Below, one piece after another: positions 48,491 to 61,572 of a stretch of 61,909 nucleotides of DNA. Under the pieces are notes generated by a model that saw only the letters and a program-made list of their open reading frames with translations, was not told where the DNA came from and ran no database searches. Within the stretch, counting starts at the first letter, position 1, and each line of letters starts with the position of its first letter. Source of the DNA: Squatina squatina (Eukaryota); the NCBI GenBank assembly GCA_031763465.1, contig JARFOE010000001.1, positions 15,000,300 through 15,062,208 on the forward strand, in the 5' to 3' direction. Position numbers and translations under genes: made by a program.

Positions 48491-51466
48491 AACATACTGT
48501 AACTTGGATTGGAAGTGCTCAGAGAATCCAAGTATTGGACCCTCCAACTTAAAGTCAGAATTAATCCAAATGCTAGACTGTCATGCTTACATTAAATACT
48601 GTACTAAAAATAAATTGTTAATAAAAAATCTGAATTACAAATGCACCAACCCCAAATACACTAATTAATTCCAAAATTATTTTCCATATATTGGTCTTTT
48701 CTATTCACAAATAACAAATGCACCCTTACAGTTTTCAAATGTGTTTAATAATAAATTACATGCTATCGATAATTTAAGATGTTGTGAAAAATGAAGTTTG
48801 CAATAGAATTCTAAATGCAGCTAATATAATGCACAATATTCCCACAGTCTCATTTGGTATTTCACTTCTCATGGTAAATCAAACATGGCATACGTACTAA
48901 AGACCATTCATATATTGGAGCATTAAACTGCAAGGCCATGATGGACCCTGTGACAAGGCACTTAAGACTTTTCCCTGATGAGACCAATATGAATGTGGTT
49001 TCTTCTCCCAGCGATTCAGCAGGGCATTGCCTGCCAAATGAAATGAATCAGTGTCTGTATACTCAGAGTAAGATGAGATGGTTGAATTGATGATGTATCT
49101 GAATGAAGCATGATGGAAAATCCTGCTAAAGCAGAAAAATAGAAGTGGCAAGTANNNNNNNNNNNNNNNNNNNNNNNNNNNNNNNNNNNNNNNNNNNNNN
49201 NNNNNNNNNNNNNNNNNNNNNNNNNNNNNNNNNNNNNNNNNNNNNNNNNNNNNNNNNNNNNNNNNNNNNNNNNNNNNNNNNNNNNNNNNNNNNNNNNNNN
49301 NNNNNNNNNNNNNNNNNNNNNNNNNNNNNNNNNNNNNNNNNNNNNNNNNNNNNNNNNNNNNNNNNNNNNNNNNNNNNNNNNNNNNNNNNNNNNNNNNNNN
49401 NNNNNNNNNNNNNNNNNNNNNNNNNNNNNNNNNNNNNNNNNNNNNNNNNNNNNNNNNNNNNNNNNNNNNNNNNNNNNNNNNNNNNNNNNNNNNNNNNNNN
49501 NNNNNNNNNNNNNNNNNNNNNNNNNNNNNNNNNNNNNNNNNNNNNNNNNNNNNNNNNNNNNNNNNNNNNNNNNNNNNNNNNNNNNNNNNNNNNNNNNNNN
49601 NNNNNNNNNNNNNNNNNNNNNNNNNNNNNNNNNNNNNNNNNNNNNNNNNNNNNNNNNNNNNNNNNNNNNNNNNNNNNNNNNNNNNNNNNNNNNNNNNNNN
49701 NNNNNNNNNNNNNNNNNNNNNNNNNNNNNNNNNNNNNNNNNNNNNNNNNNNNNNNNNNNNNNNNNNNNNNNNNNNNNNNNNNNNNNNNNNNNNNNNNNNN
49801 NNNNNNNNNNNNNNNNNNNNNNNNNNNNNNNNNNNNNNNNNNNNNNNNNNNNNNNNNNNNNNNNNNNNNNNNNNNNNNNNNNNNNNNNNNNNNNNNTAAC
49901 AGTGTTATATTTTACCATGATCAGTTTAATGACAAATTAGTTGTACGTGGCAAATAAAGGAAAATAGAGCTGAAAGTCTTTAAATATAAAACTCTTTGCA
50001 CTATGATGCAAATATAATTCATGTTTGTATCAAATTGATTACGACTAGATTATTTTTAAAAACCAAAATATCAGTGAATTTACTGCCAGTTGTGATAGCT
50101 CACCTTGTACTGGTGAGCTCTGGTTCTGCATTATTTGGTTAGGAGCTTTGATCAATTTTAATGGATGGAAAATTCCAGATGGCTGACCTGTAATTTTCTG
50201 CAAAATGCTCCCTGCAAGCACCGTGGAAAGTGCTAGATCACAAAACTGAGCCTAGAGTTGAACGATGTGCTTATGGTTTACATTTTTTAATCACTACAAC
50301 TAATCTTTATTCGGTTTCCAAGTTTAAAGAAGAGCTTATATCTATTGGATTGCCACATAATTGTAAATTATATAAATTTAGGTATTTGTAAACCTTACAA
50401 CTTTTCCATGAAATGAATCCAGATGGTGGTATAAATTCAAACACATTGATTAGTAACAGCTCGGCACGAGAATTGAAAAGAAAATTCATGTTATACACCA
50501 TCCCACACAAACCCAGATATGAAAATGTGTCCCCTGTTTCTTCAAAATGAATCACAGTACTACCTAATTCATTTTAAAACTAGTTACTTCAGGATTTTCA
50601 AAACTGGCACCTAATTTCTGTTTCTACGAGATCCCTTTACAAAAATGTCAGTTCTTAAATAATATACGAAAAGGCATATTGAAGTCATCTTAAAAAGGAT
50701 GAAATATATACATTAAAACATTGCTAAAACAGGAAGTTCTTGAAAAATAGCTGCAGATTCATCACAGTGTAACCCGTTTAAAAAAACTAGACTGTAGTCA
50801 ATAAACTGCAAGCTAGTCTCCAAAGTCACACCAGGCCATACAGGATTTTAGATTAGATTTTGGATAAGAATGAAAAAACATAATACAATGCTGCTCCAAA
50901 ACAGGCAATCAGTCCACTGCAGTCTCATTAATTCTGGCAGACATTGCTAGCTATAGAAGGAAGAGAATCATCAATGCATAGAACAAAATGCAATGTAATA
51001 AAGGAAAACTTATTGCTTTGTCATAATTCAAAAATAGACCAATATGGAAACACTTTAATCTTCTAAAATCTGAGAGCTCCAAAAGAGTTTTTTAAGTAGA
51101 ACGAGAATCAGTACAGTCACATACATACCAAAAATACATTAATGCTAAGTAGGCATTTGAAAGAGCATACAAATTGGATGTCTTAGTATGTTAATAATAC
51201 AGGCAAAATATTAGAGAAATTTAGCAAAACATCTTTCTTTAGCTTATGTAATAATATTGTTACTAGGGAATTCTTACAGATGGAATTTTGAACAATTAAC
51301 TAATTGTATATAAAAGGTGACTCTTTTATATAACAATCCCCTTGCTTCCAGTCACATGTATGTGTGTCCTTTTTCCATCATAGCTCCTTGCAGAGCAGGA
51401 AATTTGAATTTTATGACTGTTCCATACACTTCTACCACTGCACACAGAGTGGGAGCAGAGGATCAG

Positions 51467-51922
51467 GGGGGGGTGAAATTGGCTGACGCCTCGGTGGAGG
51501 CATTAAGGCAAAAGTTAGCACCTCGGGAGGTGCTATGACATTGCAAAATTCGCCATTTTTTCCAGGGAGGTGAAATCGGGAGGCGCTAAGTCAGAACTTT
51601 AGGCATTGTGTGCACTGGCATCCTCCTGGCTCCAGAGGCGAGGCACAAACACATCATTGCATGGCCCTCACATCGCATTGCTCTAAATCACTTCAGACAC
51701 AAGAAAGGAGTGCCGATTGCAGGAAATCATGGTTCTCTCAAGGACTTTTCCCCAGAGTGAAGGCAATGATAACTCATAGCAGTACTGCAGCCATGAGTAA
51801 GGCACATCACTCATGACTGTACTACGGCTCCTTGAAAGACATAACACCAGTATGAAAGACATGTGACAGCTCACTCAAGAAACTCACAGCTGAGACAGCG
51901 TATGATCTCACAGGAATCACTA
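51467..51922 (+). mobile_element. Harbinger element with degenerate transposase remnant
   Basis: Terminus gggggtgaaattggc; QERSA...GLFPRVKAMITH resembles GFPRVQGAIDCTH around the first catalytic Asp. Confidence 0.5.
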
Positions 51923-52796
51923 NNNNNNNNNNNNNNNNNNNNNNNNNNNNNNNNNNNNNNNNNNNNNNNNNNNNNNNNNNNNNNNNNNNNNNNNNNNNNN
52001 NNNNNNNNNNNNNNNNNNNNNNCACAGCTTGCAAGTACATGATGGCAAAAAGATGGGTATTTTTTCTCTTCTGAGCTTGCCAGCCTGTGATTCTCCACCC
52101 ATTTACTTTAATGGGCAAAAGATTGTGAGCTTGCAAACACAGAAGCAGAAAAACCAAAACCCAGTCAAGCAGGGCAGCTTTAAGGGATCTGTACCGAACA
52201 TGCAAGAACCCAGCTGTCCTTTAACATCCTATTGAAATGGGTGCGATTAGCACACTGTGCGTGTGGTGCATGAAAACAGGAAGATCACAGACTCGGCTGT
52301 TAACCACTATTCAGAATCGAACTTGAATTGTTAATGAAGCTTGAGAACGCAGCAGTGCAGGCAACCAGATCAGGAATTTTAAATGCAGCGCACGGCGGGT
52401 GGAAAGCAAACAAATTGAGATCTCATATTTTCCAGGCCCTGCGTACACAATTCCTGTTCCACCAACATTTCTGTCTGCAGGAATTCCCAGGCTTATATCC
52501 CAATTGCACTGCTACATTGCATATTTTCTAAAACTACAGTGTAAATCTTGTAAGGGCCCACACCATCAAAGGATGCTCACAAAATTTACCTTTATGTATT
52601 GTTTTAACTACAGCACTTGTTCAAATAATTAACTCCCATGAACTTCCAAATCTGAAGATTGATCACATTGCTATTTTGTTCCTCAAAATTCAGCATNNNN
52701 NNNNNNNNNNNNNNNNNNNNNNNNNNNNNNNNNNNNNNNNNNNNNNNNNNNNNNNNNNNNNNNNNNNNNNNNNNNNNNNNNNNNNNNNNNNNNNNN

Positions 52797-52960
52797 CTTT
52801 TCCATCTTTCGTAAATATATCTATGCATCATGCATGTATATTTCGGGTTTCCTATTCCAATATGCATCAACTTACATTTATCTACATTAAAATCTTTCTG
52901 CCATTCCTTAGCCTATCTGCTAAATTAGTCCAGATCTCTTTGAAAACTTCTTTTCCTTTG
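52797..52960 (-). mobile_element. Old CR1/L2-type RT fragment
   Basis: Reverse complement DLD..SR.AKEWQ..FNVDKCKLMHIGIGNPKYT. Confidence 0.65.
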
Positions 52961-54150
52961 TACTTATTACCTGGCCACACTTGATATTATCAGAAAATAT
53001 GCAGGAAGCACTGCCCTCCAAATCATTTATAAATAGTCTGAACAGATGGATGATTGGAACACACAAATGAAATAATTTACCAGCTGTTCTTGCAAGAATC
53101 CAAACAGACAGCATTGGTCAGGTGGTAATATTTTGCTAATAAATTTAATGTCAATATGAATGAACATCAAAATCTAAATTTATAAAAACAATACTAGAAA
53201 ATGATTTTCTCAGGGTGGAAGATGCAGTGACATGGTAAATGTTTCTTTTTAAATGTCTTTATGATTTTGTTGTGCCAAGAGTATAGAGAACCTTCCCCCA
53301 AAGTCACTAAGCAATCTTAAGAGTACAGTCTTATTCACGAGAGGTTTCCAACTCCACCAAGGTGATTACCACATTATTTATTAGGTACATTTTAATGTAA
53401 TTCACATTAAAGGGGTGAAATTCAGTAGTGTATTCTCTGTGAAGGTGTTGCCATGGAGGCATTTTAAGGTTGCGAAATTTGGCATTTTTTTAAAGTTTTT
53501 TTTGGAGCGGTGCCTTCTGAAAGCGCTAAATGATCACTTAAGGCGCAAAGTGCAGAGGCGGGATGCTGCCTGCACTGCCGCGAGAGTCCAGCCCCTGATT
53601 GCAAAGTCAAACAGAAGACTGCAGAATGAAGGAGGTGCCAGCATATTGAAGAAAGTGATGCCAGTGCAAACAGATGAGAGCAGAGTGAATGAAATGATGC
53701 CAGACTGTAGGATCCGAGATCAGAAGATCCCACACTCAAGCAGGTGCCAAGAAAAGGTGACAAACAGAAGAAAACGCCACCATACAGAAGGAATTGACAA
53801 CAAGCACAAGGAAGTGCCACCAGACTCTAGGAATTGATTAGATACAATAGGCAATGCCACCAGATTGAGGGGAGTGAATACAAACGGAAAGATCAGCCAG
53901 CAGAATCTAGTAACTGATGCCAGACTGAAGGAGGTTTCACCAGAGTTAGTTGAGGCAATGATGGAGAAGACACTGCAGTGCTCTAAGCTCTTTCAGGTGC
54001 CAGAGCTCATTGGTCAATTGTATGCCCACTTTGGTCATTGAGAAAAAGCANNNNNNNNNNNNNNNNNNNNNNNNNNNNNNNNNNNNNNNNNNNNNNNNNN
54101 NNNNNNNNNNNNNNNNNNNNNNNNNNNNNNNNNNNNNNNNNNNNNNNNNN

Positions 54151-54635
54151 TCTTTTTCTAGGAGGCTGCAGATGTCTGCGACTACCTGCCGTAACAATCT
54201 GAGCCTGCAGAAGCACTGCTCCTTCAAGAGGTCAAGGAAGCTGAGCCTCTGTCTATATACCCGATACATGGGTAGTGCCTCCTACAACCTCGGCTCCTCT
54301 GCTAGTCTTCTCTCTGCTTTTCTGCATCTCTCTCCTTGGAACCTCTCTCCTGTGCACCTGCTGATTCCACCACGTCACGTCATCGCTGGCGTGGATGGTG
54401 ATTGTCTTCCTCATCCGATGTAGTGTCAAAAATATACATAACACCTCCCATCTTGCTGGTGTCCATTTGAAAGGCTCCAGAGTTCTCAAAAACCTTGCAT
54501 ACAGCCAAGTGCGCCTCAGTTAAACCCGGAAGTAGGTGAGTTGGAGCCGGTTTAGAGTTGTGCTTCAATTTTCTCCAATTGTTTACAACCCACCCGACTC
54601 CAACCCACCCATTCTTGGATGTTAAAATTTCCCTG
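54151..54635 (-). mobile_element. Harbinger transposase N-terminal fragment with terminal inverted repeat
   Basis: YRVYRQRLSFLDLLKEQCFCRLRLLRQVVADICSLLE (HARBI1-like N-terminus). Upstream MGGV...TTSDEED and terminus agggaaattttaac on the minus strand. Confidence 0.8.
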
Positions 54636-55008
54636 AAAGTTGATCCTCCAACAGAGATCAGATACATTGCAAAAAGAGGTAATATAAACATCATAGCATT
54701 GAAACACACCAGAGTTACAGCTGTCCAATATTTACATTTAAAAAATTAGGGAACACATGGCCTATATCACATTAATAATGAAAAATTGATTTATCTTATG
54801 AAATATCAGAGAATTCTCATAATTCAGTAATAGCCATGCTGGCCAGTGGCATGTTTCATCTTGATTAAGTGTCAGAGGCCCTGGCTTGAAAAATCACTTT
54901 GCCACACTNNNNNNNNNNNNNNNNNNNNNNNNNNNNNNNNNNNNNNNNNNNNNNNNNNNNNNNNNNNNNNNNNNNNNNNNNNNNNNNNNNNNNNNNNNNN
55001 NNNNNNNN

Positions 55009-55292
55009 AGGGGTCAGCCGAGGTGACAACTCCTCCTGCAGCTGCCGTTGTTGATGCCCGGCGATGCTGCAGAGGCGAATTTTACATCACCGGCAATAAC
55101 GGGGCACTGTGTACCGGTTGAAGTTACTTTCACTGGGGTGCAAGTGATCGAGGCGGTAAGTTTTAGTGCCAGCGTTAACCCGTTGTGGAAGTTCACTGGC
55201 ATCGGTGATTTTGCCACGCCTGGTTGGCAAGCCCTTAGCGGCCCCCCCCGGAGGCGCCAACGGGAGGTGCAAAGGAGGCCAATTTCTCCCCC
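55009..55292. mobile_element. CpG-rich Harbinger-like MITE right end
   Basis: Ends ccaatttctccccc, the inverse of the family terminus. Confidence 0.55.
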
Positions 55293-56019
55293 ATGGTTTT
55301 TCAGAACAGCACTGTTACACCATGTAATGTATCATATGTATGATTCTGCTAAGTCGGTCTGTGTACCTTGAAGGCCACAAGTCTATAAGTGTTGTTAAGT
55401 AAACAAAGGCTGAGGTCAATCAGAACGTAATTGTTTGGTTAGGGAACTGAGCAAATTGGAAAATGCTGGTAAATTTTAGGTCAGAAGTGCCCAGCATTAA
55501 GTGACACATTTTGTTTTAAATAAAAATGATTTTTAATGCGAAGAACTGCAGTGCCCTCTGGTTTGTTAAATGTAATAAATTAGTAAGGCATCCACTTACC
55601 AAAGGTTGAACATATCCGTGCTGAGAATAAGGGTGAAAAGCTATTTGAAAAATATGAATGACATTTCATGTCACCCAATGATATGTGAATTAATCAACGG
55701 CAAGCAAAGGATCCTTTTAAAATAATGAAGCTTTCAAATCAGTTGCAAGCATAACCACAGAAGCATGGCCTGTCAGACGTCTAATACAATAAAGAGGTTT
55801 CTCTTGAAATAAATCGAATGGTATTAAAAGAATTAACAAAGGACTTAAAAAAGTGTTTAAACAAAATCCTGCTCCATCAGTTAAACTCAAATGGCTCTGA
55901 CTGTCCACATTTGGGGGTGATTTTCCACTTTACCACCTGACCATTAATCTGCTGGAGAGGATCGCCTGTTGTAGATCTAACACATAGTTTGTCCCATGGA
56001 AATCAACAGGCGAGCGGTC

Positions 56020-56382
56020 CACTCTCTGCTACATTGCTGCCCAGGGAGCAGTCGAATATTACTCAAATAAAGTCCAGTCGCCTTTTTTCTATAACCAGTT
56101 ACACTAATACATTCCAAGATGCAGGTGCAAGGTGGTTGGGAAGCATTCATTTCCAACCACCTCACTTGACGTTCAGTGGCATCTCTGTTACAAAGTCCAT
56201 CACCGTCAACAGCTAGTGGGGGGGAGGAGCGGGGTCATCATTGACTGGAAGCTTAACTGGATCGACAATATCAACATCATGGCTCTAAGAGCAGGGCAGA
56301 GGCTCCGTGATGTGTGCCTCACCCCTTGACCCTTCAAAACCTCTCCTCTGCAATACTCAAGTCTGGTGTATGATGGAATATG
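56020..56382 (+). mobile_element. RTE-X-like LINE RT C-terminal fragment
   Basis: GVIIDWKLNWIDNINIMALRAGQRL...QVWCMMEY. Confidence 0.6.
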
Positions 56383-57630
56383 GAAAATCAGGAGAACCTC
56401 TGCAGAAATTCCAGCCGGGTGCAAATTGGAGGATTTCAATATTGTGCATAAAACAAGGGTGTATGATTGAAAATGGTGAAAAGTCTGCCNNNNNNNNNNN
56501 NNNNNNNNNNNNNNNNNNNNNNNNNNNNNNNNNNNNNNNNNNNNNNNNNNNNNNNNNNNNNNNNNNNNNNNNNNNNNNNNNNNNNNNNNTATGATTTAAC
56601 TGACCTAAACCGTGCTTGTTACTTCAGAACGATCGCCTTTAAGGGCTGAGGTGGACTGACACATGATTGTAGCTCCTTAGGTCAGTTGCTGAATTGGCCC
56701 ACGGAATCCAGTAAAGTTACAGCAGGGACCTATTAGCACTGAATTTTGCACCAGTTTTTAAGCTGCCCGGAAAAATTTCTCAAAGACCCGAATACCATGA
56801 TTTAGCGGGGTAGTGTAAAATGGGCGCTAAAATCACAGTTTTTGGTCCCCTTGCGTATCAAACACAGGGCAGACCAATTGGGCCCCCTAGAATTTTTCAT
56901 TGTGCTTTCAGCTTGAATCTGAAGTGTCTGTTTTAGGTCAATTCTAGTATTCTGCAAGCTAACCCAAGCTGGCCATGCTTGGGGCACTGTGATTTGCAAT
57001 TCAGTTTGGTGCATATTCTTCTAAAGCTTTCCATTTAATATTGATGCACGTAGTAAGAATAAACCAGCTTAGAGAGTGGATACCATAGTAAAGGTTTCAA
57101 AATCAACAATCTGAAAGTCTGCTATCGAAAACCTGGGACCCCATAACAAAGACAAAAATATACACTGGAGAAAAACTGGCAGAACAAAAATGAATAATGG
57201 GCTGTCATGATGGGTAGGTACAAACACACCCTCATGGTTCTGTTTACTTGTTTGTTAGTGAATAAAAATTTGCATGTATAATAACTGATAATGATAAATT
57301 TGTATTTTGCTTGATTGATCGAGATAAACTCTTCGAGTTTGATGAACTTGGGTTATTGTTGATAGAATTATTGAAACCTTTACACTGAAGCATACTTGCT
57401 CATCCATAATTAAACTGCAGTTCCACAGTGCATTAAAATGAGCAACTGAGACCCTGTATTTAAGGACATTCAGGTGATGATAAGCTTTTCATCATTAATC
57501 ATAGAGTTCTCAGTTTTAGAACACTTGTTTNNNNNNNNNNNNNNNNNNNNNNNNNNNNNNNNNNNNNNNNNNNNNNNNNNNNNNNNNNNNNNNNNNNNNN
57601 NNNNNNNNNNNNNNNNNNNNNNNNNNNNNN

Positions 57631-57955
57631 TCCCCTTTAAGAGGGCCGCTGCAGCGACAGGTGTCCCTGTTGCTGCAACCGCCCAGCGCCGAGGCCGCAT
57701 CCTGCGGGTGAATTCCACCCGCGGGACGCAAACAGGCCGCAAAGGGGGTTGTGGCTGTGCGATGCGGGTCTTTATGACATCACAAGCTGACCCGTCGCGG
57801 AATTCAGCTGGCCAGGTGTAAAGGCCTTTGCACCCCAGCTGAATTCCTTGGGAGGTGAGATGGCCGCCTCCCGGTGCCATTTTATTCTCTTTCGCCCTGT
57901 TTGCGCCCCTCAGAGGCGCTAACGGGGTGCAACAGGAGATGAATTTCTCGGTCTA
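57631..57955. mobile_element. CpG-rich Harbinger-like MITE right end
   Basis: tcccctttaagagggccg...gcgcccc...ggcgctaacggggtgcaa...gaatttctcggtc|tag; similar to 55230-55290. Confidence 0.55.
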
Positions 57956-57984
57956 GGTGTGTATGCAAAAGTGAGTACACTTAC

Positions 57985-58175
57985 CTTGTTACTTCTCTTC
58001 ATGCCCCCAAATTTATTTTGCATTAGTTCCCAGGTACGATGGAGCTGGTTACTGTATTCACTTCCATGCACATTGTGACTAATGCTTCGGATTCAACCGG
58101 GTGTATGGTCTGTCGTGACATCTCCCGTAGCAAGACCTCAACAGAGTTAATACTAAATGAGGGAATCTTACAGTG
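57985..58175 (-). mobile_element. Divergent Myb/SANT-like (Harbinger ORF2-type) exon remnant with splice donor
   Basis: KIPSFSINSVEVLLREMSRQTIHP, then a frameshift to SISHNVHGSEYSNQLHRTWELMQNKFGGMKRSNK|gtaagt. Confidence 0.45.
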
Positions 58176-60329
58176 CATTGATATTACAAGTTTTGTGTTG
58201 GTGTAAAGTAATTTTGTCCTCACCCTAATGCGAGGCTTATTAGTATAAATTTGGCACTGAGGCCTGAACTTGCTTCAGAGTGAGACATTCTCCTCCAGAT
58301 AGGCTCTGACACCTGTTTACAAGTTGAGTTAAATTTTCCTAGCCCTCACAATCAGTACCTTGTATCCTCTCAATATGAATCAGGAAATCATTACCTTCTC
58401 CACACTCATAGCATGTGAGGACTTAGAAAATCTGTAACTGCAGCATTGGCAGAAAACTGCTTCACACCAACAATACAGTTGGAGTGTAGGAGCATCTTTA
58501 GGTACAGCCCTCATTGCAATATTTCTCAAAGTCTATACTTTCACACCTCCCTTCAACATAAGGCAGGAAAGTAGTGAATTTATCCTTTAATATTCAGCTG
58601 CAGTCCTTTAAGAGCTGCTGGTGCATCCAATTTTGCCGTACTTAGCCAAAAAAATGCAAGCCTGTCTTCCTGCATTTGTCTTCCATGCATAGAGTATGAT
58701 CAAATGAAGGGGAAGGGCTTGCCACAAAATATTCAATGAAGGCAGCCCTCCCAAGTTGAATATTCACATAGCTCCAATTTTCCTGATCTTGTATAACTAT
58801 GGCTAAAGTGTACAAACTTACACAAATTATCCAAAGCAGTCTAATTTTACTCAGTTCAGCTTGAAAATTGAATTCAGCAATGATCCTCCAGGCTTATTTT
58901 CTGTCTCCAACCTGCACTGCAGTAGTTCTACTAATTATAGCAACATAGGCAGTACTTGCTACTTGTATCTAGTCTGCACTGCAGCAATTCACTAACCAGG
59001 AGTTTAGTAAAACTAACTGAATTTTTCCACCCACACAAGAAAGGATTGTTGCATGAAAACATATGAGAACAAAAGTGGCTGATATTTGTGGAACATGATA
59101 GAATGAATAGTTGAAGTGCATCCTGTTAATAGACACTTTAATAGTCGCAAGCTTCATTTGATCGGGTGCTGTTTTATTCCATGTGCATTTTACCAGCATG
59201 TGCTCCACATGAGCTGGAAATGTTTCAGTGCTTTCCAATGTTCTGTATTTTCCTTGGTTAGTACAGTGCTTTTGTTTTGTTGATTCCAGTCTGCTACTTT
59301 TAACAGATACATCACACCAACATGTAGAAATTTACCCAAAAGGATTAGGTCCAATAAAATATGAAAACATTTCCATTGTTTAAAGACACCTCAAGTAAGT
59401 TCTTGTAACCTGTGAATCAGAACCTATGAGTATCATTTATGTTCTTGTACAGGACAGTTTAATTTTCATTGTTCTTATAGCTATTTTCTGTTTGTTTTTT
59501 CTGGTTTTATAGTAATGGTGGATTAAGAAGGCCCCCTTATGCTGATAAATGGTAAATGCACCAGTGAATCTTACAAATAACTAAGAATTGCTTAACCAAC
59601 GTCAAGATTTGTTAAATAGTCTGCATTTTATAGTGTTCCAACTGTATATTAATTGCACCCATCATCCAGTTTAATATGTTTTTCATCATTTTAGAGAATG
59701 ATGTCATAAACAACTCCAGTTAACTTAGTATCACATTTGTTTTTCAAGATGCATTCGGTTCAGTTTTATGCACTGTTGGACAAGAGTGGCATGTAATGTT
59801 TCCAGAAATTATATTAAAATTTTAGTAATGAATTCTGGGCTGTGCTAGAACACATGAAAAAAATAATACCAATAGCTGATGATATTCAGAATAAATTTAC
59901 GAATAAAATATAAGGAGGGGATTTTTGTTTTTGATGTATATATGCAGTGGACAGTGGATGAGACATCTGTTTCACCCACTCAAAGCAGTCGGCGGGAAGC
60001 CCAATCACATTTTATGGTTAGGCCTCATTAACACTGACTAGACAAGCTTTCAGTGCTAATTGCACTCCTTATATGCAGCTTGTTAATTGGGAACACGTAG
60101 ATCCAGCGACTGCTACTTAAAGTCAGCTTACAGCCTCATAAAGTGGGGGTGTACCGTCATGTCCTTTCTACAGCCAAATCTTCATACCACTGCAAGATCA
60201 TTCTGGAGAGTAGAAATAAACCGAAACGTCTCTTCTCTGCCACAAACCATCTCCTCCAAGCTCTCTAACATATCGACCATTATTACCTCAGAAATTCACG
60301 GACTTCTTCGTGTTCAGAATTCAGGCTAT

Positions 60330-60833
60330 CCAGACAGGGATGCTGGTCATCTCCAACCACCCCTCCCTCTCTATGTACATTATCAGATCCCCATCTCACT
60401 AGCCACCCCTCACACTCACCCTCATCCTAGTGCAAGCATAGCGACGGACAGCACACAAGGGTAGGCACTTGAGTGTTTTAGCCAATGTTCATGCAGAGTT
60501 TCTGCTAACGTGTTGTCAATAATTGAAATCCTTATTTTCAACACTTTGTGTTCTTGGACAGATTTGTGTAAACCTTTGGAAGTAGCTTAGTGAGTTAGAG
60601 TGAATGGTCAGGTGTAAGGGTACCCCGCACAATGGTGATGAGTGTGAAAGGAATGGCTTGGGCAATGCAGGGATGCTTTATGGTGCTGGTGTGGGATGGC
60701 AGCCAGGGTGTACAGCATCAAGTGAAGTAAATGTGGCCATGGTGAGTCCATCTCTAGAGTCCCGGGTAGCAATGTGGTCGGGTGCTGATGCCCTGAGTCC
60801 TGTGCAGCATCAGGTGATTGTGGATAAGGTTGG
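60330..60833. mobile_element. Harbinger internal fragment
   Basis: Shares ctagccacc...cactcaccctcatcct..tgcaa with the ORF2-intron fragment at 36220-36257. Confidence 0.5.
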
Positions 60834-61376
60834 NNNNNNNNNNNNNNNNNNNNNNNNNNNNNNNNNNNNNNNNNNNNNNNNNNNNNNNNNNNNNNNNNNN
60901 NNNNNNNNNNNNNNNNNNNNNNNNNNNNNNNNNTGCCAGCAGGTGACCGAGAAGAGGGAGAGGAAAGTGAAGAAGTAGAAGAAGAAGATCACAATTGCAC
61001 ACCTTGAGCTGGATGAAGGAATATTGGCCAAAAGGCTGTGAAGGTTTCTAAGTTCTATGGCACCTTACCTCAACCACATAAGTAGATATTTGCTTAAGCC
61101 TTCCTGACACAACTACTGTTCTATCAATCAGCCGACACTAACGTACTTCTGAGAAAATAAATAGTCGTTCATCTTTCAGCTGAATAGTCAATTCCAGAAA
61201 ACCTAACTTAGCACCACACCAAGAAGTCATCCATCATAAATGTGTGTCAAGGGTTTGTGTGACGAGCTCCTCAGTGGTGCGAAACTCAACACAATATGGA
61301 AATTTAATAATTTAACTAACAGTTAATCCTATTTATATTTTTGTTGTTTGGTTCAATTATATGTCCATAATCTTTA

Positions 61377-61572
61377 CTGGATTTATATAGAGTAATTTTC
61401 AACTTTGCTGCATGGATGGTAACATGATTGAGTGGATTGCCTACCTGCTGTAGAACCTACCTAATTCTATTTAATTGAAATCAATGGCATGAAAATCAGG
61501 TGGGCTCTGCAACAGGTGGGTGATATATTCATCCAGGTTAGCACCCAAGCAGTGATGTTGAAAATTAGCCCC
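61377..61572. mobile_element. Palindromic MITE with central ATTGAAATCAAT
   Basis: ttgcctacctgctgtagaacctacctaatt pairs with aatcaggtgggctctgcaacaggtgggtga; terminus aaaattagcccc. Confidence 0.7.

Noticed and set aside
49016-49957. Longest ORFs in the track (300 and 270 aa) and other X-filled ORFs
   Set aside because: They are open only because they run through N gaps.
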